Assembly (NCBI GenBank): GCA_027923505.1
Contig: BROI01000032.1
Span: 124,001 to 188,000, forward strand
Direction: 5' to 3'
Source of the DNA: Mayamaea pseudoterrestris
Taxonomy: Eukaryota
Length of the DNA stretch: 64,000 bases
The notes beneath the pieces are model-generated. The model did not search any database. It worked only from the letters and a program-made list of their open reading frames with translations, and was not told the origin of the DNA. The position numbers and the translations under genes are program-made. Shown here piece by piece: positions 20,701-30,873 of this stretch (the first letter of the stretch is position 1; each line of letters begins with the position of its first letter).

Positions 20701-23700
20701 TCTCCGTTGCCGTGGCCCACAGCAAGCCCTGTGGTCACCAGAATGGTGCCAACATCATTATTCAGGCTGCGCTACAAGATAGTAGGTTTGGCTGGTGTCT
20801 CAGGGCATGGCAATGTGATTGGTGACAACTTGTCACCAATCTCTGCCTGCAAATGCCATGACATTCAATCACCCCTACAGCAAGCCCTGTAGGTGCCCAA
20901 ATTACACCAGAATGGTGCCAACATCATTATTCAGGCTGCGCTACAAGATGGTAGGCTTGGCTGGTGTCTCAGGGGATGGCAATGTATTTGGTGACAACTT
21001 GTCACCAGTCTCAGCCCGCAGATGCCATGACATTCAAACGCCCCTACAGCAAGCCCTCTAGGTGCCCAAATTACACCAGAATGGTGCCAACATCATTATC
21101 TCGGCTGCGCTACAAGATGGTAGTCTTGGCTGGTGTCTCCGGGGATGGCAATGCATTTGGTAACAACTTGTCACCAATCTCAGCCTGCAGATGCCATGAC
21201 ATTCAAACGCCCCTACAGCAAGCCCTGTAGGAGCTCAAATTACACCAGAATGGTGCCAACATCATTATTCTGGCTGCGCTACAAGATGTAAGGCTTGGCT
21301 GGTTTCTCCAGGGATGGCAATGTATTTGGTGACAACTTGTCACCAGTCTCAGCACGCAGATGCTGTGACATTTAAACGCCCCTACAGCAAGCCCTGTAGG
21401 TGCCCACAGTACACCAGAATAACATCATTATTCCGGCTGCGCTACAAGATAGTAGGTTTGGCTGGTGTCTCAGGGCATGGCAATGTGATTGGTGACAACT
21501 TGTCAACAGTCTCAGTCCATAGATGCCGTGACATCTAGACGCCCCTACAGCAAGCCCTGTAGGTGCCCAAATTACACCAGAATGGTGCCACATCATTATT
21601 CAGGCTGCGCTACAAGATGGTAGGCCTGGCGGGTGTCTCAGGGGATGGCAATGTATTTGGTGACAACTTGTCACCAGTCTCAGCCAGCAGATGCCATGAC
21701 ATTCAAACGCCCCCACAGAAAGCCCTGTAGGTGCCCATATTACACCAGAATGGTGCCAACATCATTATTCAGGCTGTGCTACAAGATGGTAGGCTTGGCT
21801 GGTGTCTCAAGGGATGGCAATGTATTTGGTGACAACTTGTCACCAGTCTCAGCCCACAGATGCCGTGACATTCAAACGCCCCTACAGCAAGCCCTGTAGG
21901 TGCCCAAATTACACCAGAATGGTGCCAACATCATTATTCCGGCTGCGCTACAAGATGGTAGGCTTGGCGGGTGTCTCCAGGGATGGCAATGTATTTGGTG
22001 ACAACTTGTCACCAATCTCTGCCTGCAAATGCCATGACATCTATACGCCCCTACAGCAAGCCCTGTAGGTGCCCAAATTACACCAAAATGGTGCCAACAT
22101 CATTATTCAGGCTGCGCTACAAGATGGTAGGCTTGGCTGTTGTCTCAGGGGATGGCAATGTTTTTGGTGACAACTTGTCATCATTCTCAGCCAGCAGATG
22201 CCATGACATTCAAACGCCCCTACAGCATGCCCTCTAGGTGCCCAAATTACACCAGAATGGTGCCAACATCATTATCTCGGCTGCGCTACAAGATGGTAGT
22301 CTTGGCTGGTGTCTCCGGGGATGGCAATGCATTTGGTAACAACTTGTCACCAATCTCAGCCTGCAGATGCCATGACATTCAAACGCCCCTACAGCAAGCC
22401 CTGTAGGTGCTCAAATTACACCAGAATGGTGCCAACATCATTCTCCAGGCTGCGCTACTAGATGGTAGTCTTGGCTGGTGTCTCCGGGGATGGCAATGCA
22501 TTTGGTAACAACTTGTCACCAATCTCAGCCGGCAGTTGCCGTGACATCCAAACGCCCCCACAGCAAGCCCTGTAGGTGCCCACAGTACACCAGAATGGTG
22601 CCAACATCATTATTCTGGCTGCGCTACAAGATGTAAGGCTTGGCTGGTGTCTCCAGGGATGGCAATGTATTTGGTGACAACTTGTCACCAGTCTCAGCAC
22701 GCAGATGCTGTGACATTTAAACGCCCCTACAGCAAGCCCTGTAGGTGCCCACAGTACACCAGAATAACATCATTATTCCGGCTGCGCTACGAGATAGTAG
22801 GTTTGGCTGGTGTCTCAGGGCATGGCAATGTGATTGGTGACAACTTGTCACCAGTCTCAGTCCATAGATGCCGTGACATCTAGACGCCCCTACAGCAAGC
22901 CCTGTAGGTGCCCAAATTACACCAGAATGGTGCCACATCATTATTCAGGCTGCGCTACAAGATGGTAGGCTTGGCGGGTGTCTCCGGGGATGGCAATGTA
23001 TTTGGTGACAACTTATCATCAGTCTCAGCCCACAGATGCCATGACATTCAAACGCCCCAACAGCAAGCCCTGTAGGTGCCCAAATTACACCAGAAGGTGC
23101 CAACATCATTATTCCGGCTGCGCTACAAGATGGTAGGCTTGTCTGTTGTCTCAGGGGATGGCAATGTTTTTGGTGACAACTTGTCACCAGTCTCAGCCCG
23201 CAGATGCCATGACATTCAAACGCCCCTACAGCAAGCCCTGTAGGTGCACAAATTACACCAGAATGGTGCCAACATCATTATCTCGGCTGCGCTACAAGAT
23301 GGTAGTCTTGGCTGGTGTCTCCGGGGATGGCAATGCATTTGGTGACAACTTGTCACCAATCTCAGCCGTCAGTTGCCGTGACATCCAAACGCCCCCACAG
23401 CAAGCCCTGTAGGTGCCCACAGTACACCAGAATGGTGCCAACATCATTATTCACAGTCAGGCTGCGCTCCAAGATGGTAGGCTTGGCTGGTGTCTCCAGG
23501 GATGGCAATGTATTTGGTGACAACTTGTCACCAGTCTCAGCACGCAGATGCTGTGACATTTTAACACCCCTACAGCAATCCCTGTAGGTGCCCACAGTAC
23601 ACCAGAATGGTGCCAACATCATTATTCCGGCTGCGCTACAAGATGATAGGCTTGGCTGGTGTCTCAGGGGATGGCAATGTTTTTGGTGACAACTTGTCAC

Positions 23701-25665
23701 CAGTCTCAGCCCGCAGATGCCATGACATTCAAACGCCCCAACAGCAAGCCCTGTAGGTACCCAAATTACACCAGAATGGTGCCAACATCATTATCTCGGC
23801 CGCGCTACAAGATGGTGGGCTTGGCTGGTGTCACAGGGCATGACAATGTATTTGGTGACAACTTGTCACCAGTCTCAGCCCACAGATGCCGGGACATTTA
23901 AATGCCCCTACAGGAAGCCCTGTAGGTACCCAAATTACACCAAAATGGTGCCAACATCATTATTCCGGCTGCGCTACAAGATGGTAGGCTTGGCTGGTGT
24001 CTCAGGGGATGGCAATGTATTTGGTGACAACTTGTCACCAGTCTCAGCCCACAGATGCTGTGACATTCAAACACCCCTACAGCAAGCCCTGTAGGTGCCC
24101 AAATTACAACCGAATGGTACCAACATTGTTATTCCTGCTGCGCTACAAGATGGTTGGCTTGGCTGGTGTCTCCGGGGATGGCAATGTATTTGGTGACAAC
24201 TTGTCACCAGTCTCAGCACGCAGATGCCGTGACAATCAAACACCCCTACAGCATGCCCTGTAGGTGCCCAATTAACACCAGAATGGTGTTAACATCATTA
24301 TTCAAGCTGTGTTACAAGATAGTATGCATGGCTGGTGTGTCCGGGGATGGCAATGTGATTGGTGACATCTTGTCACCAATCTCAGCCCATGTATGCCGTG
24401 ACATTCACTTGCCCCTACAGCAAGCCCTGTAGGTGCCCAAATTACACCAGAATGGTGCCAACATCATTATTCAGGCTGCGCTACAAGATGGTAGGCTTGG
24501 CGGGTGTCTCAGGGGATGGCAATGTATTTGGTGACAACTTGTCATCAGTCTCAGCCCGCAGATGCCATGACATTCAAACGCCCCAACAGCCAGCCCTGTA
24601 GGTGCACAAATTACACCAGAATGGTGCCAACATCATTATTCCGGCTGCGCTACAAGATGGTAGGCTTGGATGGTGTCTCAGGGGCTGGCAATGTATTTGG
24701 TGACAACTTGTCACCAGACTCAGCCCGCAGATGCCGTGACATTCAAACGCCCCTACAGCAAGCCCTGTAGGTGCCCAAATTACACCAGAATGGTGTTAAC
24801 ATCATTATTCAGGCTGCGCTACAAGATGGTAGGCTTGGATGGTGTCTCAGGGGCTGGCAATGTATTTGGTGACAACTTGTCACCAATCTCAGCCCACAGA
24901 TGCCATGACATTCAAACGCCCCTACAGCAAGCTCTGTAGGTGCCCAAATTACACCAGAATGGTGCCAACATCATTATACCGGCTGCGCTACAAGATGGTG
25001 GGCTTGGCGGATGTCTCCGGGGATGGCAATGTATTTGGTGACAACTTGTCACCAGTCTCAGCCCACAAATGCCGTGACATTCAAACGCCCCTACAGCAAG
25101 CCCTGTAGATGCCCAAATTACACCAGAATGGTTCCAACATCATTATTCCGGCTGCGCTACAAGATGGTAGGTTTGGCTGGTGTCTACGGGGATGGCAATG
25201 TGATTGGTGACAACTTGTCACCAGTCTCAGCCAGCTAATGCCGTGACATTCAAACGCCCCTACAGCAAGCTCTGTAGGTGCTTAAATCACACCAGAATGG
25301 TGCCAACATCATAATTCAGGCTGCGCTACAAGTTGGTAGGCTTGGCGGGTGTCTCAAGGGATGGCTATGTATGTGGTGACAACTTGTCACCAGTCTCAGC
25401 CCACAGATGCCATGACATTCAAACGCCCCTACAGCAAGCCCTGTAGGTGCCCAAATTACACCAGAATGGTGCCAACATCATTTTTTAGGCTGCGCTACAA
25501 GATGGTAGGCTTGGCGGATGTCTCAGGGGATGGCAATGTATTTGGTGACAACTTGTCACCAGACTCATCCCAAAGATGCTGTGACATTCAAACGCCCCCA
25601 CAGCAAGCCCTGTAGGTGCCCAATTAACACCAGAATGATGCAAACATCATTAATCCGGGTGTAGC
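14772..25665. repeat. 169-bp tandem satellite array, about 64 copies, ~51% GC
   Basis: Consensus ACAAGATGGTAGGCTTGGCTGGTGTCTCAGGGGATGGCAATGTATTTGGTGACAACTTGTCACCAGTCTCAGCCCACAGATGCCATGACATTCAAACGCCCCTACAGCAAGCCCTGTAGGTGCCCAAATTACACCAGAATGGTGCCAACATCATTATTCAGGCTGCGCT. Spurious ORFs recur exactly every 169 bp (15903, 16072, 16241...). Confidence 0.98.
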
Positions 25666-25670
25666 TAACC

Positions 25671-26448
25671 TTGGGGACACATATGCAGTAAGATTGGTGC
25701 ATAACATTCACTCTTAGCTCACGTGTAGCATCAGTTTTTTTGGGAGGGCAAAGAATCACACAATAACCAGCTACACGGTGCTACAGTGTGTGGCCTTCAA
25801 TGAATACCCCAAATAGTATTGTTCCATGAATTCTGTTCTGGCTATGCTTGGGGACATGTATTCAGTGAGATTGGTGCATAGCAATCATTTTCAGCTCACA
25901 TGTAGCATCAGTTGTTTGGTAGGGCAAAGATCCACACAGTAACCAGCTCCATGGTGCCACATGTGTGGCCTTCAACAACTACCCTTTATAGTCTTGTTCC
26001 ATGAATTTTGTTCTGGCTATGCTTGGGGACACATATGCAGTGAAATTTTGGTGCATAACATTCACTCTTAGCTCATGTGTAGCATCAGTTGTGTGGGAGG
26101 GCAAAGATCCACACAGTAACCAGCTACATGGTGCTACAGTGTGTGGCCTACAATGACTACCTCCAATAGTATTGTTCCATGAATTCTGTTCTGGTTATGC
26201 TTGGGGACATGTATTTGGTGAGATTGGTGCATAGCAATCATTTTCAGCTCACATGTAGCATCAGTTGTTTGGAAGGGCAAAGATCCACACAGTAACCAGC
26301 TACACGGTGCTACAGTGTGTGACCTTCAATGACTACCCCCAATAGTCTTGTTCCGTTAATTTTGTTCTGGCTATGCTTGGGGACAAGTATATGGTGAGAT
26401 TGGTGCATAGCAATCATTTTCAGCTCACATGTAGCATCAGTTGTTTGT
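25671..26448. repeat. Second tandem repeat, ~176-bp monomer, ~4.4 copies with A/B alternation
   Basis: TTGGGGAC recurs at 25671, 25848, 26023, 26201 and 26377. Confidence 0.95.
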
Positions 26449-26885
26449 TGGTGAGACCTTCTCACCAGTCTCAGCCAGCAGATGCCTTGACATTAAAGTG
26501 CCCATACATCAAGCCAAGTAGGTGCCCAAATCACAGCAGAAGGGTGCCAACATCATTATTCAGGCTGCACTACAATATGGTATGCCTGGTTAATGGCTCG
26601 GTAGACTGCTATGTGATTGGTGACAATATGTCACCAGTCTCAGCCTGCAAATGCCTTGACCTACAAATGTCCTTACAACACCATACAACAAGATATGTAT
26701 TCACCTAGCTCACACCAGAATGGTGCCAATACATAATTCAGTCTGTGCAGCAAGATGGTATGACTGGTTAATGTCTCGGTAGACTGCAATGTGATTGGTG
26801 ACAAGTTATAACCCGTCTCAGCCCGCTGATGCCATAAAATTTGAATGCCAATACATCGAACCATGTATACACCCAAATTACATAT
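26449..26885. repeat. About 2.5 degenerate copies of the 169-bp satellite
   Basis: Recognisable CACCAGTCTCAGCC, GGTGCCAACATCATTATTCAGGCTG and TGGTGACAA segments with many substitutions. Confidence 0.9.
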
Positions 26886-27246
26886 GAATGCATCTCTCAA
26901 TGTGTTTGAGCAGTAGTACACATTGAGAGTGCATTCTTACACAGCTTTCCTGTTGCTAAAGGTACCACATACTTTTCAGCTCATAGTCGGAACTGGTTGA
27001 ATCGTGTGCTTGCATGCATCGCAATCAAGCGCCTCTGGCGAGCTCTGATTGGTGGAAATTAAACTTGAAGTGACCTCGAAAATGTCAACGTTGCAAAAAT
27101 GACCTCGTGGCGCAAGCAGACGTTGCCCAAGGCGGAGCCAAATTCTCCGAGCACCGCACGCAACGCACACAAAACCAATCGAACCACATCTCAGGCAAGC
27201 AGCAAGCGATTTCTCTATCAATTTCATTCCTCGACTTGTGCTATCC

Positions 27247-28473
27247 ATGACCATGACAGCAAATAATAAGATCACCGCAGCCGCCGTTCTTTCTCTTGTC
27301 ATGCTGAGCAGTACAATAGCATCCGGACAAGAAACTGGATCTTTAGCTGGCTCCTGCCAGCTCACCTCCGAGTCCGTTTCCTCCTTCCACGCTCTCTTTC
27401 ACGCCGACTCTGTCTGTGATCGCAACGCCTATACTGATTTCAAGAATTCTTTGAATCGCGGTGCCAAGCATCGAAGCTTCAAGGAGAGCGGAGATCATGC
27501 TTCCGTTCCGAATGAGCGCACGCGCGTTTGCCCCCGCGTCGTCAAGGATCTTGGGAGCGCCACGACTGGGACAGTCTATGGTTACGATACCACCTGGTTT
27601 CTGAAAAATGAAGCATCGACTCCAGTAGTTGTTGCTCTTGTCAAGGATGGCGTCGAGTATAGTGGAGTCAATGACAAGATTTCTCCGCCGCAGGCGGACG
27701 CCAACGCCATTGTGCAACCAGGCGGCACCAAGGTGATTCACACGTTCGAGGGACACGTTTTTTCGGTCCGCAGCATGCACGAGGACGGATCGACTGGCAA
27801 TGTATTGCTGCAGCATCGCGCTGGACTGATACCAGTTGGAACGCACGCGCAGCAGCTGGCGTGTCCCTCCACAGACCCTGAACCAGTGATTGAAGTGCAG
27901 ACTCCGGCGACTCCATCCAGTCCGAGCGAAGTCAAGATTGTCACGCACCCCGACTTTGCCCGCGTACCCGTCAAGCAGTTCAAGCAATGCAACATGCTGG
28001 AACTGGGTTTTCGCAACCAAGCCAATTGTCCATTGCACGCCTACTGGGTACATCCGAACACTTGCCAGGAGCGATTCACCTACCATTTGGGAACCAACCA
28101 TCAGGCTGCCGACTATCAGTGGGATTGGGACAGTGCCACCAAGTTTGAAGCCACCTTTGTGGGTCATCAGTTTGTCTTTCGCAGCGCCTTTTCGGCGCAG
28201 GAGGTGGATCGAGTGACAATACTACCGACAGTTGTTACCGACTGTCCCGACGTTGGTGAACAAGTCTACGAAGCAACGTATGGTTTGAATGTTGTGGAAC
28301 GTGTCTTGGGTTTGGAAGGCATCAACGTTACTCGACAGGAAGATGAGTTTGTCGTGGACGGTGCGAGTGGAATCTGGAGCAAGGATATGTTCGACGGTCT
28401 TCTCGGCGATAAGCAGAATGCGACAGCGGCATCGATGATGTACGCAAGTGTAGGAAGCATGCTATCTTTTTAA
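27247..28473 (+). CDS. Secreted protein with two VHL-beta-like domains
   Basis: Signal peptide after the ATG at 27247. Two repeats: FLKNEASTPV...VQPGG..VIHTFEGHVFSVR and FRNQANCPLHAYWV...ATFVGHQFVFR. Confidence 0.7.
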   Translation: MTMTANNKITAAAVLSLVMLSSTIASGQETGSLAGSCQLTSESVSSFHALFHADSVCDRNAYTDFKNSLNRGAKHRSFKESGDHASVPNERTRVCPRVVKDLGSATTGTVYGYDTTWFLKNEASTPVVVALVKDGVEYSGVNDKISPPQADANAIVQPGGTKVIHTFEGHVFSVRSMHEDGSTGNVLLQHRAGLIPVGTHAQQLACPSTDPEPVIEVQTPATPSSPSEVKIVTHPDFARVPVKQFKQCNMLELGFRNQANCPLHAYWVHPNTCQERFTYHLGTNHQAADYQWDWDSATKFEATFVGHQFVFRSAFSAQEVDRVTILPTVVTDCPDVGEQVYEATYGLNVVERVLGLEGINVTRQEDEFVVDGASGIWSKDMFDGLLGDKQNATAASMMYASVGSMLSF

Positions 28474-28714
28474 GGAGAAGCAAGGGTGTGAAAGGATGAC
28501 TGTTGCCGCCGGCTTTACTTTTCGATTTTGAGGAACAATCTATGAATATTAATTACACATTTTACATGAAACCCATACTATACATTGGCTCGTTAATTAG
28601 AAAAGCAAAAGATGCACAACTAGCCCGCGCAACGTACACCGCGAGCGTTCGCAATCTGGCAATATTTACTCATAGTCCTCGTCTAACATAAGGCCATCCG
28701 CAGTGCTTTCATCA

Positions 28715-30508
28715 TCATCGGTTCAAATCATCGTATTGTAATGACTCGTCTGTGATATACGATTCAAGCCATGGCAACTGTACGCAAGCTTGATCAGCCC
28801 TTTCACACCAGGTCTGCAATTGTTCGATACTGGGAACTTCCATTTCTACAGCATGATCGTTGATGTATGATTCAAGGACTTCCTTTAACAACGGCACCGT
28901 CAGTATCCATCCAGCCAAATCTTTCGGAGTTCCACTATTCGCTGCCTCTCGCAACGCGCTAGCAGCCTCAATTGAACCATCACATATTTCAACAATGATT
29001 TCATCCACCGACTGCACTTGCGCAAACTCAACCCACACCCGACAGACCTCTTCATCGAGTGCAAGCGCTTCACTGATATCGCTTGGGCTTTCATTGGCAA
29101 GCTCGCGCCAATTATGGACTTCGCACTTGTCCTGGAGCAGCTTGACCCAATCCTTTGCCACGTAAATTGGCGGATGCGCGGCAACACAGGCTTCAAGTTC
29201 CTCCACGTCAAGTTCACTTGGCGTCTCGACAGCCCACGGAACCATTCCTGTCCGCACCGCTGAAGTCGACAACATCTTATTTTGTCCGACCACCTGCATT
29301 TCTTCCATGGCTAGCTCGACCGAAGCAATCGCTTCAGCCGCTCGAGTCCACTCATCGTTCTCTGTGTCACCGGCTGCTCTACTCTTGGCTGCCGCAGCCG
29401 CATCTTTTTGTCGCAAGTTCTCTCTCGCCTTGGCAGACAATTGTTCTTTGCGACGGCGCAAAAAGCTCCAATCCAAGTCGGGCTGCAGCTGCTTCATTGC
29501 TGCCGCTACGCTTGGCGTGCCGTTTTCGCAGTCGTAGTGATACATGAGACTCCAGAGCACTCGTGGCGATAAGAGAGCCATATTCTCGGGTCGAAGCGCG
29601 TCAGCATGAGAAGTATGAATGCTGGCCAATGCAGAAGAAAGAGCCGCCTTTTCCAAGTAGTCCACCGTCTCGCTGTATTCGCCTCGTCCCTGCATACCCT
29701 TGTCAAAGGTGACTTGCAGCGTCTTTTCTTCCCAAAACTGGTCGGAATCACCACTTGCATGGACAAGCGCAAACTCGTACTTGTTTGCCGTAATGGCAGC
29801 CAAGCGAGCCGTCGCCTTGTTTTGTTCGTAGGCATCATTGACAGCCTGCTTCCATCCAGTCCTCATAAGCTGCGCCTGCTTTGTTCGAGCGCCACTCGTC
29901 GCCGAGGTCAAGAAGGAAACGGATGACTCCAAGGCGTCGCCGCCAGTGTGCGGTGCTGCAGGCTGCTTTTTGCTCGTGCTGGCTTGTCTTGGACGGCTGC
30001 GAGGCGAAACAACAGCGCCATCGGCAAGTCTGTATCCAGTAGTTGCTGCGCCAGTGAACCGTGGCTTCTTGTTTGGACTAGAGCTGGTCGAAACCTTCTT
30101 CGTTTTCGCTGATATTTTTGCATTTTCAACTTCGTCTTGTCTCGCTATCGCTTCCTTGAAGCCTGTTGTTGCCTTTTGTGCAGCAGCTCGCTTGGGCGCC
30201 GCTCGGCCAGGACTCTTCGCGGGTGGGGCGGCTGCTGCCGTAGCACTGCGCTGGATCGTGACAGTGACGCTCTGCTGCGACTGGATTCCAGCCTCTTGTA
30301 ACGTTTTACTGGTTGAATGCTCCAAAAGTTGGGAGGGAAAGCCGGTTCGCAGCTCCACCGTGCCATTCGATTTGCTCTTTGGTCTCTTCTCATCAATCAA
30401 CGTTTGTGCTTGCTCGTACAGATCGGCGACTGTAGAAGACGGATCCATCGTCACAACCTGCTTTCGGCCGTCCATGACAAGGCGTAGAGTAAATTGTGAT
30501 GATGACAT
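28715..30508 (-). CDS. Hypothetical protein with N-terminal ubiquitin-like/UBX-like domain
   Basis: N-terminus LRLVMDG...STVADL...LRTGFP..LL...TLQEAGI resembles UBX/OTU1-type Ubl folds. 597-aa ORF. Confidence 0.7.
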   Translation of the reverse strand: MSSSQFTLRLVMDGRKQVVTMDPSSTVADLYEQAQTLIDEKRPKSKSNGTVELRTGFPSQLLEHSTSKTLQEAGIQSQQSVTVTIQRSATAAAAPPAKSPGRAAPKRAAAQKATTGFKEAIARQDEVENAKISAKTKKVSTSSSPNKKPRFTGAATTGYRLADGAVVSPRSRPRQASTSKKQPAAPHTGGDALESSVSFLTSATSGARTKQAQLMRTGWKQAVNDAYEQNKATARLAAITANKYEFALVHASGDSDQFWEEKTLQVTFDKGMQGRGEYSETVDYLEKAALSSALASIHTSHADALRPENMALLSPRVLWSLMYHYDCENGTPSVAAAMKQLQPDLDWSFLRRRKEQLSAKARENLRQKDAAAAAKSRAAGDTENDEWTRAAEAIASVELAMEEMQVVGQNKMLSTSAVRTGMVPWAVETPSELDVEELEACVAAHPPIYVAKDWVKLLQDKCEVHNWRELANESPSDISEALALDEEVCRVWVEFAQVQSVDEIIVEICDGSIEAASALREAANSGTPKDLAGWILTVPLLKEVLESYINDHAVEMEVPSIEQLQTWCERADQACVQLPWLESYITDESLQYDDLNR

Positions 30509-30873
30509 GTTACAATGTTACAAGATGGATGGTAAATGTACTGGCAATGTGAGCGAAGCTTCTCCGGCGCCGCTCGCGGTGGATTTCTCATCGCAAAATC
30601 TTTGTCGATGAACATGTCTCACCGGTTCTCGATGGCTCTGTAGTTTTCCGATCGGACTTGACAGTGAAGGCAAATGCAAAAAACCAAGGACAACATAGCA
30701 GACGAAATTTGCAATTGTAGTACCTCGCACGTTGTTTTATTTGTGTATGTCTAGCTATATGAATGGTTTGCAATAATCACGACATGGGTTGCGCCTTCTG
30801 TCCGAAATGCTGCAACGAAAAGCTACACTGGCAACAGAGCGGTTTGTAGTGTAACCTCCCAATTGCTTTACCT

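Noticed and set aside
14902..25615. Dozens of near-identical 88-aa ORFs in the array
   Set aside because: By-product of a 169-bp repeat whose length is not a multiple of 3. Most start at GTG/TTG, end at a recurring TAG and overlap in shifting frames.
14772..25665. CRISPR-like or guide-RNA array, suggested by the palindromic repeats
   Set aside because: No unique spacers (the whole monomer is repeated) and no Cas, Fanzor or other nuclease gene in the window.
14772..25665. Hammerhead-ribozyme satellite, or 5S/tRNA/snRNA tandem array
   Set aside because: I found no CTGANGA...GAAA core, Pol III A/B boxes or recognisable RNA-family sequence on either strand. An Infernal/Rfam scan would settle it.
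14580..26990. TIR DNA transposon enclosing the array
   Set aside because: No matching terminal inverted repeats or TSD found between the left and right flanks, and no transposase.
29838..30611. Long antisense ORFs (also 871-1506, 27343-28167 and others)
   Set aside because: Shadows of real genes on the opposite strand in ~50% GC DNA, with no motifs.
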